NCBI GenBank assembly: GCA_949358305.1
Contig: OX442314.1
Coordinates: 3,720,001 to 3,784,000 of the forward strand
DNA length: 64,000 bases
DNA from: Strigamia acuminata
Taxonomy: Eukaryota
Direction of reading: 5' to 3'
A program made the position numbers and the translations under genes. Numbering within the stretch: position 1 is the stretch's first letter; each line of letters starts with the position of its first letter. Under the pieces are notes generated by a model. That model was not told the DNA's origin, searched no databases, and saw only the letters and a list, made by a program, of their open reading frames with translations. Of this stretch, positions 1 through 11,488 are shown piece after piece.

Positions 1-1506
1 GGTGAAGTGGTAGAGGAGAATCGATTTTTTCAGCTCATTGGTCGTAATTCCGTCGGTGTCATCTGAAAAAGTGAAGAGGAAAAACCTGTCGAGTCTCGCC
101 CACCGGCTCTCGTCGTTTTCGTCGCGAAGAACGGCGTATCCTATGGCGGACGCAAAGTGGGAACACTGTAACTTGAAAATCGCCATTTGTTCGCTCGTCG
201 TTATATACTTTTTAGCCGCTGACTCGTAAAAATCCCAATGCAAATTGCCTTCAGCGTGATTAGTATAATAGAACTCTGCGATGCATTTGGACAAAATGCG
301 CCTCCTCCGTTCGACACTCGCGTCGTTGAACATCAAGTGCAGGTTGTCGAAATCCCGATTCTTACACAAGCTGAGGAAAATGAACCAATGTTTAATGCCG
401 AATTGGGTGCTCTTCATTTCGAGCGGAGCATTTTTCCAAAAACGAAACATACACTCCTCCATCTCGCACGATTGTTTCCAATAAATTTGCTTAGTTTTAC
501 AGATCATGGTATTAAAGTCGTAACTAGACGCGATCACATTGAGAACGCGGCTCAACATGGGCGCGAACGAGTCCCTCACGTCCGACAAATGCATGAGCAA
601 AGGCAACACGCATCTCAATCCATAGTCCGAGTACAAAATGGCCGTCAGTTGTCGGTCGTCCATTTCGGCGAGCAGGAAGTTGGTGATGCCCATCTCGAAA
701 GTGCAGAAACAATCGTCGCTGTGTTTGTCGTGGTCTTCGGGGTTTGGCTCGTAATTGAAGTGATCGATCAAGTCCTCCAAGGCACTTTCGCTTTGGATGA
801 GTCGCTCGACGATCTCGTTTCTTTCGAGCGGACTCATGAGCGACCACACGTACTCCACGCCGCATTGGTTTGTCTTGTCTACGAACAGGAAAAACATTTT
901 CCATTTCTCGTCGCGAGTGGGATTATTATTATTAATCATCGTCCTTTTCCAGAATTTATACATCATACTTTTCAAGTTGGTTTCCTTTTGCTTGTCGAAA
1001 CGTATTCGTAAACTGTCGGCGTGTTCGTTCCAAATATCTCGGACGACGTCTGCGACGCAACACACGACGGCGACGGCGAATCTCGACATCATTTTCAAAC
1101 ATTGCAAGCGTGAAATAACTCGTGCTGTTTCGGCCGCGTCTAGTTGACCGTGGACTGTCCATTGCGAGCATTGGATGATGCTTTTCGCACATTTCACGTC
1201 GATGGAGTTGACGCCGTTGAAAACCACTCTGACTAAAAATCTCAGCAAATCCCACAATTGCTTTCCAACGTGCCTAACACACGCATCCAACATTGGTTTT
1301 ATAATCACCGGAATGGCGAAAGCGTGTACTCGATTACAAAGTGTTTGTTGCAAGTCTAACCATTGGTTCTTGTGAATCTCCGTCGTGAATTTATTGCAAG
1401 TGGTCAGAATAAGAGAAATATCGTTATCTTTGTATTTCCATAATAAAAGCGAAGATTTCACGAGCGAAATGTGTGTTAGAGTCGGCAAATCCAAAACGGA
1501 CTTCAT
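1..1506 (-). CDS. Intronless unknown protein, >=502 aa, runs off the left edge; N-terminal BC-box/Cullin-box-like motifs and a 'WTVHGQLDAAETA' motif
   Basis: Manual translation from ATG at 1506 (MKSVLDLPTLTHISLVKSSLLLWKYKD...IPVIIKPML...WTVHGQLDAAETARVI...ELKKSILLYHFT) is stop-free to base 1, so the ORF track does not list it. Paralogous to 2961-5271. Confidence 0.8.
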   Translation of the reverse strand, partial: MKSVLDLPTLTHISLVKSSLLLWKYKDNDISLILTTCNKFTTEIHKNQWLDLQQTLCNRVHAFAIPVIIKPMLDACVRHVGKQLWDLLRFLVRVVFNGVNSIDVKCAKSIIQCSQWTVHGQLDAAETARVISRLQCLKMMSRFAVAVVCCVADVVRDIWNEHADSLRIRFDKQKETNLKSMMYKFWKRTMINNNNPTRDEKWKMFFLFVDKTNQCGVEYVWSLMSPLERNEIVERLIQSESALEDLIDHFNYEPNPEDHDKHSDDCFCTFEMGITNFLLAEMDDRQLTAILYSDYGLRCVLPLLMHLSDVRDSFAPMLSRVLNVIASSYDFNTMICKTKQIYWKQSCEMEECMFRFWKNAPLEMKSTQFGIKHWFIFLSLCKNRDFDNLHLMFNDASVERRRRILSKCIAEFYYTNHAEGNLHWDFYESAAKKYITTSEQMAIFKLQCSHFASAIGYAVLRDENDESRWARLDRFFLFTFSDDTDGITTNELKKSILLYHFT

Positions 1507-1989
1507 GGATGTAATCCGAATTTTTCAAACTGAATTTCAAAGCAATAAAAATGTTAAAATGTACCGTACTCAACGGATAATTTTGAAAACCCAAAGTCAC
1601 TTAATCCTGTTTCTTGATTTTCGACATGTTTTCTCGCTACAATGGACACTTGTAACAGATTTGTTGTTTTATTGTCAACATAAATTGTTACACTCAAAAA
1701 CGGTTTGGTTGTTTTAACTAAATATATGGTTGGCTGAGAGACAACTAAACATTTAGTTAAAGACAACTTTAGAATTTTTGTTGCTTCAACTGAATTTAAT
1801 AAGGGAAACTAAATTTTTAGTCTGCTCTTAAGCCTACTTAAGTTTTCCAACAATCTGTAATCAATGTAAATTCAATATCATGTCTTTTTTTATTCTTTTT
1901 ATTTCTATCTCACACAACCAAAAATTAAATAAAATGCAATACCTCAACAATTTTTGTGCGTAAAACCTATAAAAAAGTGAATAAAACCA

Positions 1990-2745
1990 ACAGTTCCTCC
2001 TTTATATCCTATCAGCAAATCTTCACATCCACATATGACTGATTTATGCGTTCAATCTCCCAATTTTAAAGGCATTTGGAATACTCCTTTTATTTTTAAT
2101 GAATGTCCAGTGACCGATTGTAAATCCATATATTTATCTGTTTCTACCAATTGTTGTTCTTTTTGTGCTTCTTGTAAAACCTCCTCCGCTACTAAGGTAA
2201 CTTTGGATCCTGTATCCACTAGAAACACACAAGGTATTGTTCCGACCATTCCGATTGTATATATGTCATTGCCCATCTCCGTTTTCTTATCTCTCTCATT
2301 CATGGTGGTGACTGGCACCATTGCCCCCTCTCTCTTTATTGGGCAGGGGGCTGCACATCGTTTTTTGCATGTGCAACCTCCCCACCCTCTCTATTGGGAC
2401 AATTCCTTATCATATTTCCATATCTAGAGCAAGCATAACATCGGATATTTCTTAAGTCTGGCTCTCTGTATGATTGTTGTTGTGGTTCATTTTGAAATAA
2501 ATAATTTCCTTGAAATCTCTGTCCCCTACCTCTTGGTCTATATTCTCCTCTGCAATCTCTTGCATAGTGACCTAATTTCCCACATCTATAACAAGTTATT
2601 CCATTTGGTCCTTGTGGTGGGTGCTACTGATGACATTTTGTTAGCTTGTTCAGTTTGTTGCTTGGCCAAAGATAATTCCATTTGGGCCATTCTTTCTAAC
2701 AAGGCATTGACCATAGAGTCATCTCCGACTATGTTCACAAAATTC
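1990..2745 (-). pseudogene. Decayed Gypsy-type gag/protease fragment
   Basis: Minus-strand zinc knuckle CYRCGKLGHYARDC (~2551-2593) and aspartic protease motif FLVDTGSKVTLV (ORF 2052-2321); no continuous ORF. Confidence 0.75.
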
Positions 2746-2960
2746 TAAATGTTTAGTTGCCTCTCAGCCAATCATACATTTAGTTAAAACAACCAAACCG
2801 TTTTTGAGTGTAACAATACAAATCTGTTACAAGTGTCCATTGTAGCGAGAGAACATGTCGAAAATCACAAAACAGGATTAAGTAACTTTGGCATTTTCAA
2901 AATTATCCGTTAAGTACATTTTAAAATTTTTATTGTTTTGGAATTCAGTTTGAAACATCC

Positions 2961-5271
2961 ATGAAGTCCGTTTTGGATATGCCGACTCTAACACACATTT
3001 CGCTCGTGAAAATTTCGCTTTTGTTATGGAAATACAAAGATAACAATATTTCTCTTATTCTGACCACTTGCACTAAATTTACGGCGGAGATTCACATGAG
3101 GCAATGGTTCGACTTGCAAGAAACACTTTGTAATCGAGTGCACGCTTTCGCCATTCCGGTGATTATAAAACCAATGTTGGATGCGTGTGTTAGGCACGTT
3201 GGAAAGCAATTTGTCGCGTCCTACTTGGTATAGGTTTAAATGCGCTAACGTGTAATACTTTACCTGTGATCTTACTAAATATGTAAATTACCCAAATGAA
3301 TACTAAGTATATGTAAATGAACAAATAGGTTTTATTCAATAGGCGTTATGCCTTAAATACACTCAGTATAAAAACTAGGGTCGATTTGGTCAGAGTCGAA
3401 CAAAGGATTTCTCAAGGTGGCGTCGTCGATTCCGCGTGGTCGGCGGAACAAAGGCGGCGTCTCGAGTTGTCGTTAATTCGTCACGGATTCGTCGTTCACG
3501 GATGCGGTGGAATGCTCTTTCGAGTCTTCTATCCGTGCCTGTTGTCTAGGGGTTGATTTTTAGCGTCTCAAGGCTCTGACCAGAAACGTGGAGTTTCTTA
3601 CAGGGCGCTCGAACACTTTAGTGGCGGAATAACCGTGGGTCGGTTATTCGATGTGAATTTTCAAGGGTTATTTTCCTGCTTTTGCGGGAAATAACACACA
3701 ATGTAAATTCATGAGAGTTACAGTTGCACTTGACTCAGCGGTCCTCGATCAATCCTAACTTGTATTTGAAGTTGGCCTGACGGTGAGGTAGTTGCTGTGT
3801 TATTGGTGTCGTTTTGTGTAAGTTCTGTCTTTAGGCGGGAAATTCCACCTTTTATAGGCCAGAGTGAGGGGCCTGGCTCGGCCAATGGGGACCGGCCACG
3901 GGCCACCTCACCCCCTCGGGGCACGCGCTTCCCGGGGGGGGGGGGGGGAGGCGGAGCCAGCGCGAGGGAACTGACCTTTCCTAGTGACTCACACGGATGG
4001 TATCTACTGGAGGGATGTCCACCCGCTGGGTCACCACAAATTGTGGGATTTGCTGAGATTCTTAATCAGAGAAGTTTTCAACGGCGCCACCTCCGTCGAC
4101 GTGAAATGTGCGAAAAGCATCATCCAATGCTCGCAATGGACACTCCACGGCCAATTAGACGCGGCCGAAACAGCACGAGTTATTTCACACTCGCAATGTT
4201 TGAAAACGATGTCGAGATTCGCCGTCGCCGTCGTGTGTTGCGTCGCAGACGTCGTCTTAGATATTTGGAATGAACACGCCGACAGTTTGCGAATACGTTT
4301 CGACAAGGTAAAAAAGTTCAACTTGAGAAGTATGATGTTTGAATTCTGGACAAGGACGATGATTAATAATCCCACTTACGACGAGAAATCGGAAATGTTT
4401 TTCCTGTGCGTAGACGAGACAAACCAATGCGGCGTGGAATACGTGTGGTCGCTCATGAGTCCGCTCGAAAGAAACGAGAGCGTCGAGCGACTCATTCAAA
4501 GCGAAAGTGCCTTGGAGGATTTGATCGATCACTTCAATTACGAGCCAAACTCCGAAGACTACGACAAACACAGCGATGATTGTTTCTGTACTTTCGAGAT
4601 GGGCATCACCAACTTTCTGCTCCGTTCTTAGCGACGAAACGGACGAGAGCCGGTGGGCGAGACTCGACAGGTTTTTCACCTTCACTTTTGCAAATGATAC
4701 AATGAGCAATGAGCTGAAAAAAGCGATAGAGGAAATGATTGAAAGATTTCGGAATTGGCTAATTCCCGAAACTGTGTCCGAACAACTGAGCGAGTGCGAG
4801 CTCAAAGAAAGTTTGCCGGCGCTGTCCGTCTATTTTTTGCAGGACTTCGAAACGACTGTGTTGTTGTTGAGGGACAATATGGGGAGCGAAAGGAGAAAAA
4901 TGTCGACTTGTTTTGACAAAATCTCTCGGATTATGGATGCCCGTCAAGCTGGAAAACTGGATAAAGATACTTTGCGAATACTTTCGCCGGACGACGAAAT
5001 GGCGGTTTTCAAGCAATTTTGCCGTTGTTTCGCTTACATGGCGTGCGCGGACTTGGCCGAGCGCAGTCAAAAGTCGATGCTAAAAGGGTTTGTGAACTCG
5101 TGCTTCGACAATTGTTCCGACATTGCGAGTTTTTGCATGAGGTGCTTGCCGTTTCAATGCGGGTACATTTTGCAAGATCATGAGGCCAGAATGCAAATCG
5201 ATGCAACATGCGCAGAATTCGGGTTTAGTCAAGAAGAAATCAAAGATATAAAGGCAACTTATATCGGTTAA
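2961..5271 (+). pseudogene. Disrupted paralogue of the 1-1506 gene
   Basis: Same N-terminus (MKSVLDMPTLTHISLVKI). It is interrupted by the solo LTR 3212-4038 and by a ~536-bp frameshifting deletion at ~4622 relative to the minus copy. The C-terminal part ends at TAA 5269-5271. Confidence 0.8.
3212..4038 (-). mobile_element. Solo LTR of the same family as the Gypsy at 53106-64000; TSD AATT
   Basis: TG..CA ends, AATT at 3208-3211 and 4039-4042, empty site in the paralogue at ~1251-1265 (cccacaattgctttcc), and colinear similarity to 53106-53925. Confidence 0.92.
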
Positions 5272-5326
5272 AATAATGTGTATATATTTTTGTATTATTG
5301 TGTCAAAATAGCTCATATTTATTTTC

Positions 5327-5712
5327 TGTCACAACCAACCGACATTGATTTGACTAAATACCCTGGTTATCACGCGAGAACAAAACACTTTAGTAGAAGA
5401 TGAAATGAAATGATTTTAATTTTATTCGGTAATTTACAAATGAATTAATAATAAATTAAGTAATGGAAAAGAATGAATAAATAAATAGGAGAAAATATAA
5501 CAGTCGCGAAACAAAAGTGATGCACGTAACAGTTGTTATGTGCGAAAATGGCGGGAATGGCTTACTCCGAACCACGGTGTGTTCGGGCGGCACTGGCTAA
5601 CTCCGGAGCAACTCATCGGTGGTCGGCAATGGCTGCGACAAACGAGGGTTTTGCGGTTAGCCAAGAATCGAAAAATCCGTGTGACAAACAGTGTTTGGCA
5701 CACACAAGAAAC
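5327..5712 (-). mobile_element. LTR remnant (3' part), same family as 39270-39845
   Basis: 5520-5712 is the near reverse complement of 39655-39840; it ends in ...TGTGACA on the minus strand. Confidence 0.55.
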
Positions 5713-6209
5713 TCATCATTCATCCTATTAAAGACAACGCAGGCAATGCCTACTACAAGGGGCACTAGTAGTACATCACATAAATAAGTTAACAGTATGT
5801 TAAAATACCATTTTCAACGGCTACAGGTATTAACCCTTGTTGGATGAAATATTTGACATTTAATCTGACAATTTACATTCAAAAAAAAATTAAGAATAAA
5901 AGCATATGCAATTGCATTTTTATCTCATCTTCATACACAAAGTCATTTTTCCAGTGTAGTCCTACCTGGATCTCTTTTGGGATAATGAAACTTGATGTTT
6001 AAGCAGTGTTTAGCTGTAAAACAAAGAAGAAGAAAAGGATCGTTACAGGAAAACTATTTTTCTAAAAAATCCATCACAAACTGTTTTGAAATGTCAACAA
6101 CAGCTCTATTGTTTCATTGCTCAACTCAATATCCACAAAGAGCAGGTGCTAGGCTATTTGTAATTCATTTACAAAATTAACCCACACATTCATTGGCAAA
6201 TACAATGTG

Positions 6210-6217
6210 TATATAAA
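6210..6217 (+). promoter_or_regulatory. TATA box of secreted-protein gene copy A
   Basis: TATATAAACACC ~90 bp upstream of ATG 6306. The same TATATAAACACC lies upstream of copy B on the minus strand (~37838-37850). Confidence 0.6.
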
Positions 6218-6305
6218 CACCACACAACACTAGACAAAACATTACAAATTTGCCAAGCTGCCACAACCGTTTCTCTGTGTTTATTGCCCGTCACTACATA
6301 GCAGA

Positions 6306-7162
6306 ATGTTCAACTTCTATTGTCATTTGATTCTCTTCTTGACCATTATTTATACAACCACTGCAACTGATGAGGATGTAAGTTAATTTTACACAATTAA
6401 ATTACTAATTTATACTTTTATTTATTTATTTATTATCAAGACTTGTGATGCGACTGAAAAGACTGCAGAGTTGGTTTGCAAAGTTTTGGAAAAGAGATTC
6501 ACTCAAGACAATGGCAAAGTATTCATTAAAAATTTCAAAACACAAATATTCCAGTAAATCAAATATAAAATATTTTAAATTTTTGTACAGTTCAGCAAGT
6601 ATGTGTGTGGCTGTGCACAAGCCATCATAGAATCAAAAGTAAAACCCAAAGTCATAAAAACAAAACTTTTTGGGCAATTACAATTTTTTTTTCATTTTTC
6701 AGCCCGACCTTTGTGATTCGAAAGATTATGATTATTCAGCAGCACCCAAGTGTGGAGAACTTTTCAAATCAGTATGTTAGAATAAAAACCACCTTTAATG
6801 AAATTTATACTATTTAAAAACGATTTTTCTGCATTTACCGTGTCTAGGAAGAGTATAAAGAAGCGAGCGGCAATAGAAGCATGCTCATCGATTATACTGT
6901 AAATGTTATGTTCAAAAAGAGCTTTAAAGTTTGTACCGAAAGCGAAGACAAAGTGATTGAACAAGCAGTTTCAATTTATCAGCCTGGAATAGCTTCAGAT
7001 ACTCTAGGTAAATGAGAAATATCTTTATTCGTCGTTCTTAAGCCATTTTTTAATTTAATTTTAGCTTACATGATTGAAAAGTCATTTAAACCTAAAGCGG
7101 TAGAATTATATCTGGAATGTTACCATCAATTGATAGAATTGGAATCCAGAGCTGAAGAGTAG
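6306..7162 (+). CDS. Predicted 6-exon secreted Cys-rich protein, copy A (~174 aa): exons 6306-6377, 6441-6518, 6591-6638, 6703-6771, 6848-7007, 7065-7162
   Basis: All introns are GT..AG and 57-76 nt with consistent phases. Product: MFNFYCHLILFLTIIYTTTA-TDEDTCDATEKTAELVCKVLEKRFTQDNGKFSKYVCGCAQAIIESKPDLCDSKDYDYSAAPKCGELFKSEEY...KVCTESED...LECYHQLIELESRAEE. It has a hydrophobic signal peptide, 8 mature Cys and AATAAA at 7216. Exon sizes match copy B. The end of exon 6 is uncertain. Confidence 0.8.
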
Positions 7163-8236
7163 ATTTTGTCTAATTAAAATTCTTGTATGAATTTGTGTGC
7201 AGAAAGAGATTCAAGAATAAATTGAATACAAAAAGAATTTTTATTCGTCAAATAAATTTATTTCAAATGTCAACAACACGATTACGACATTTAAATTCAT
7301 AGATGCACTTATGAATGGGACTGGGTAAAAATTTAGTACAGGGAAATCTGGATGGGTCGGCTGCAGGGACAGACTACGGTGGGCCAGGGAAGTACGTATG
7401 TAAGCTGATGTAAGCTGATGAAAACTGGAGGGAACTGATTTAGACGAATGTGTGTCAATGCTATGTACAGCAGAGAAGCGCCAACTGGCTGTTTCCTTCT
7501 GCAGTTGTATATCTTCAATCTTCATAAATAAAATTAATAAATAAAAGGATAAATTTTGTAAATAATCCATCACAATATTGATTTGTTTCTCAACAATTTC
7601 AAATTGAAAACACACCAACTGACTAACTTCCTGTTATCAGGAGATGTATTGTCTGGTCGGGATTAATTTCCACCACTCCTGAGATGAAACACAGGAACCG
7701 AATTAAAATGTCACATTATTCCGAACTGGATTGATCCTTCAATCCATGGCGTAATAGAACTGTATAATAATATATATTTATGTTATTATCCTGTTCTCAT
7801 TAATGTTTGTGATAAATATGTTTAGATTTATTATGGAAACTCGAGTTTCCCGCTTATCTATGATAGCGCTATCTATGGTTAACATCGCGCTTAGACAACT
7901 ACGGTTTATTCCGTCACAGGTTTTACAAAATAAAAGTAATCCGTTTTATTCAAAAAAATTGTTGAGGCATTGCAGTTTATTTAATTTGTGGATGTGCAAG
8001 ATAGAAGTAAAAGAAATATTCATTTGGTGAATGATAAGTGCCCACACAGACATTGAATTTACATTGATTACACATTGTTGGAAAACTTAAATATCTAGGC
8101 TTATTAAGAGAGGGCTTAACATTTAGTTGAATTATTAAATTTAGTTGAGGCAACAAAATCCTAAAGTTGTCTTTAACTAACAAGTAAATGTTAAGTTGCC
8201 TCTCACAAGTCAGCCAACCATACATTTAGTTAAAAC

Positions 8237-8646
8237 TAGGACGATTAACCACAGGACTTCACATCTAGCAAAATTTCATTGTAATTAGACTGTAAAGCGA
8301 TTCTGTCTTGTGGTCGTGGCACCATCCAGCCGAAACGGCACAAAATGACGTAATTTTGCGGGCAAATGGCGGACAACTGACATGACATCCCGCATTTGCA
8401 TTTTTAGAGGACATTTATATTTTATGTTTAAGTTAAAAATAATATCTGGAAATTATTTATTACATTTTTAGATATTATTTTTAAATCAAACGTTAAATAA
8501 AATTGAACTATGTTATAACATCTTCCAAAAATGTAAATGTGTGTTTTAACAATGCAACGACAGATTACTCCTTCATCGCATTTCTACGGGACAACTTAGA
8601 TTTAAAAAAAATGGCGGATGTGAAGTCCTGTGGGTAATCGTCCTAC
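8237..8646. mobile_element. MITE, hAT-like (8-bp TSD GTTAAAAC)
   Basis: ~29-bp TIRs taggacgattaaccacaggacttcacatc / gatgtgaagtcctgtgggtaatcgtccta, GTTAAAAC on both sides (one extra base on the right), and empty site at ~2781. Confidence 0.8.
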
Positions 8647-8817
8647 GTTAAAACAACCAAACAGAATTTGAGTGTAACAATTGATGTTGACAATTAAACA
8701 ACAAATCTGTTACAAGTGTCCATTGTAGCAAGAGAACATGTCGGAAATCACGAAACACGATTAAGTGACTTTGGGATTTTCAAAATTATCCGTTGAGTAC
8801 ATTTTAAAAATTGTATA

Positions 8818-9351
8818 CAGGGTGTCCCAAAAGTCTTAACCCCCCTAAATATTTCGTGAGCAATTGCATCTAGGCCAACTTTGATGAAGCGATCATAGAG
8901 GAAGTTGGGTGAGAGCAATCCAATGATGTCATCAAATTTGACCTTGAAGGCCATTTTCAAGGTCATTCATTTGCTAACTTCTAAACCAATCAGGTTAGAG
9001 AAAAATTTACAATTACAAAGTTGTAGAGAACCATCTAATTAGTCTAGAACTGTTCTTAAAAAAATTATTTCTTACTGAAAAGTTTTGAGAAAAAAAGGTT
9101 TGAAATGTTAGTCTACTCAGCTTTGTAACCTAAAACTATCATGTGGAATGTATTTCCAAAATAAATTATTTCCTTTCCTTTGTGTTTCCTCTCTTCTACT
9201 TACAAGTATGACCCAATAAAGTGTCCTAATTGAGGATTAACTTGGTTGCCTCAATAGTTTTAAGTTACAAAGCTGACAAGTGAGTTACAAAGCTGAGTAG
9301 ACTAACATTTCAAACCTTTTTTTCTCAAAACTTTTCAGTAAGAAATAATTT
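8818..9351. mobile_element. Right-truncated Tc1/mariner-type palindromic MITE
   Basis: Starts TA-CAGGGTGTCCC and has an internal inverted repeat, ~9061-9129 versus ~9283-9351. Confidence 0.6.
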
Positions 9352-9706
9352 TTGCTGAGATTCTTAGTCAGAGAAGTTTTCAACGGCGTCAACTCCGTCG
9401 ATGTGAAATGTGCGAAAAGCATCATCCAACGCTCGCAATGGACAGTCCACGGTCAATTAGACGTCAATAAAACAGCACGAGTTATTTCACACTCGCAATG
9501 CTTGAAAATGATGTCGAGATTCGCCGTCGCCGTCGTGTGTTGCGTCGCAGACGTCGTGCGAGATATTTGGAGCGAACACGCCGACAGTTTCCGAATACGT
9601 TTCGACAAGCAAAAGGAAACCAACTTGAAATGTATGATGTATGACTTCTGGAAAAGGACGATGATTAATAATCCCACTCACGACGAGAAATGGAAAATGT
9701 TTTTCC
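9352..9706 (+). pseudogene. Fragment of the BC-box-like gene family (third copy; its upstream region is at ~8030-8815)
   Basis: LRFLVREVFNGVNSVDVKCAKSIIQRSQWTVHGQLD... matches 1-1506; both ends are truncated. Confidence 0.8.
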
Positions 9707-11301
9707 TGGCTATTGATGCCTATAGTGATGTCATTGGCTTGGATGATATTTTGGTGCAATTTTCAAATTTGATCAATGTGAGTCAAATTTTTTGCTAGTT
9801 TATTTTTTGGTGGTTTTATTTTATTTTTGTTTTATATTTTACACTAATTTAGTAATGGCTCTGCTGCACATAGTTAACCTTTTCTGATGTAGAACTCTGT
9901 ACAGTATTCTGCTGACCTCTGCAGACTATTCTGCAGAAAAAGCCTTCTGCAGCTTTCTGGGAAATTTTTCTGCAGAAAAAGCTTTCAGTGGAATTTTTCA
10001 GCAGAAAAAGCTTTCTGCAGAAAAGGTTAACATTTTAATTGCTGCAGAATTTTGTAGAATTTGGTAATTTTTTTCTGGAGAATTTGGTAATTTTTTCTGC
10101 AGAATATTTTTCTGAATAGCATGCAGAAATCTGCAGAACTTTTTTTTACCTGGGGCTTTTTTAATTATTTAACCTTAATAATTCATCTGTATTTAACTGA
10201 ATAAAATTAGTGCTCATTTTATTTTAATCAATTTGTATTTATTTAATATTCCTAGACATTTCAGCCAGTTTAGAGTTTAAGTCCTATAAAGGGCATCTCA
10301 ACTGCGTGATTTATTATTTATTTAATAATAAGTTTTTAATTAGTTTTGACCAATATTATTTTGAAACTGAGTAGCAGTGTTAAAAATGTGTGTTAAATAC
10401 TGATAATTTGTGAAATATGATTTTATTCATGAGAAAAGCAAAAACTAGGTTTGAACATAATTTATTCTTGATTTACTTTCTGCATACAAATTCACAGATG
10501 AAATGTCAAACAAAATTTAATCACCACCAGCATCTTTATCATCTTTATCTTTCTGTGCTTTCTTTGAAGTCAGTTCAATATGACACTGTACAAAAAGGTT
10601 TCCTGATTTAGATCCGAGCCTGTAAGCGTCAACGACTAAAATAAAATTAAAAAAAAAAAAAAAAAAAAAAACATTATTACTGTATTCAGATTTCTGCTTT
10701 TTAACCCTCGGCCGCATAAGGGTAAAATGCGCCGTTCTGGTATAAGGCATTACGGATTTATGGACAATTTTTAGGTTCATTGGTCAAAGCGCAATTTAGT
10801 TTTTTTGTAGTTTTTTACTAATTTTATACTTGTAGAGGCCGAAATAAGTTAATGCAATAATAATGAACTTTGAACCATCTGGTGGTGGTTTTAAACACCA
10901 CCAGTAAATCCAAAAAGGCTCTTTACTAAAGCAGCAAAGCCTGTTTAAAAATTTTTCTGGAACTTTAAGGGGCAGAAAATTTCAATTCAGAATAAGTAAT
11001 TAAATAAACAACTAATACATACAAATTTCATACGAGTTAAAGTCTGACACCATATAAACAAAATCACAAATTTTCAGCAAAAAAAAATGATAGAAAAAAA
11101 ATTTCCCTATTCAAGAAAGAGCTTGTCTATAAATCCGTGTTATGCCTCCAAGGGTTAAAGACTTTTATTTAACTTGACATGAATATTTGTTTGTTTCAAC
11201 TACCGGCGTTGCTAGCCCCACCTGTACGTGACAGAAACTATAATGGATCCCAAAGGACCCGACCCGACTCTAAAACAGCTTTTATCGGTATGACTTTGGT
11301 A

Positions 11302-11488
11302 CAGTGTAAGTTCCGTAAACCGGACATAGGACTGGTCCCAGAAAGTTGTCCGGACTAAAAGGCTGTCCGGATGGGAGAGGGGATTTAGTATTGCTGGGTA
11401 TAGGTTGGGACCAAATCAGGACCTCCAAACTGTCCGGTCCACACAGCTGTCCGGACGGTGCTATGTCCGGTTTACAGAGCTTTCACTG
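11302..11488. mobile_element. Tc1/mariner/pogo-type MITE, TA TSD
   Basis: TIRs cagtgtaagttccgtaaaccggacatag / ctatgtccggtttacagagctttcactg flanked by TA; empty site at ~29323-29340 (gactttgg-ta-ccacaaga). Confidence 0.85.

Larger units (their letters stand above)
25..4722. repeat. Inverted segmental duplication: arms ~25-1756 and ~2745-4722 around a ~1-kb spacer, giving head-to-head gene copies
   Basis: Example: 1720-1756 'atatatggttggctgagagacaactaaacatttag' is the near reverse complement of 2745-2780. Homology continues through the coding regions. Confidence 0.85.

Noticed and set aside
238..1147. Plus-strand ORFs of 257 and 116 aa
   Set aside because: Antisense shadows of the stop-free minus-strand gene at 1-1506.
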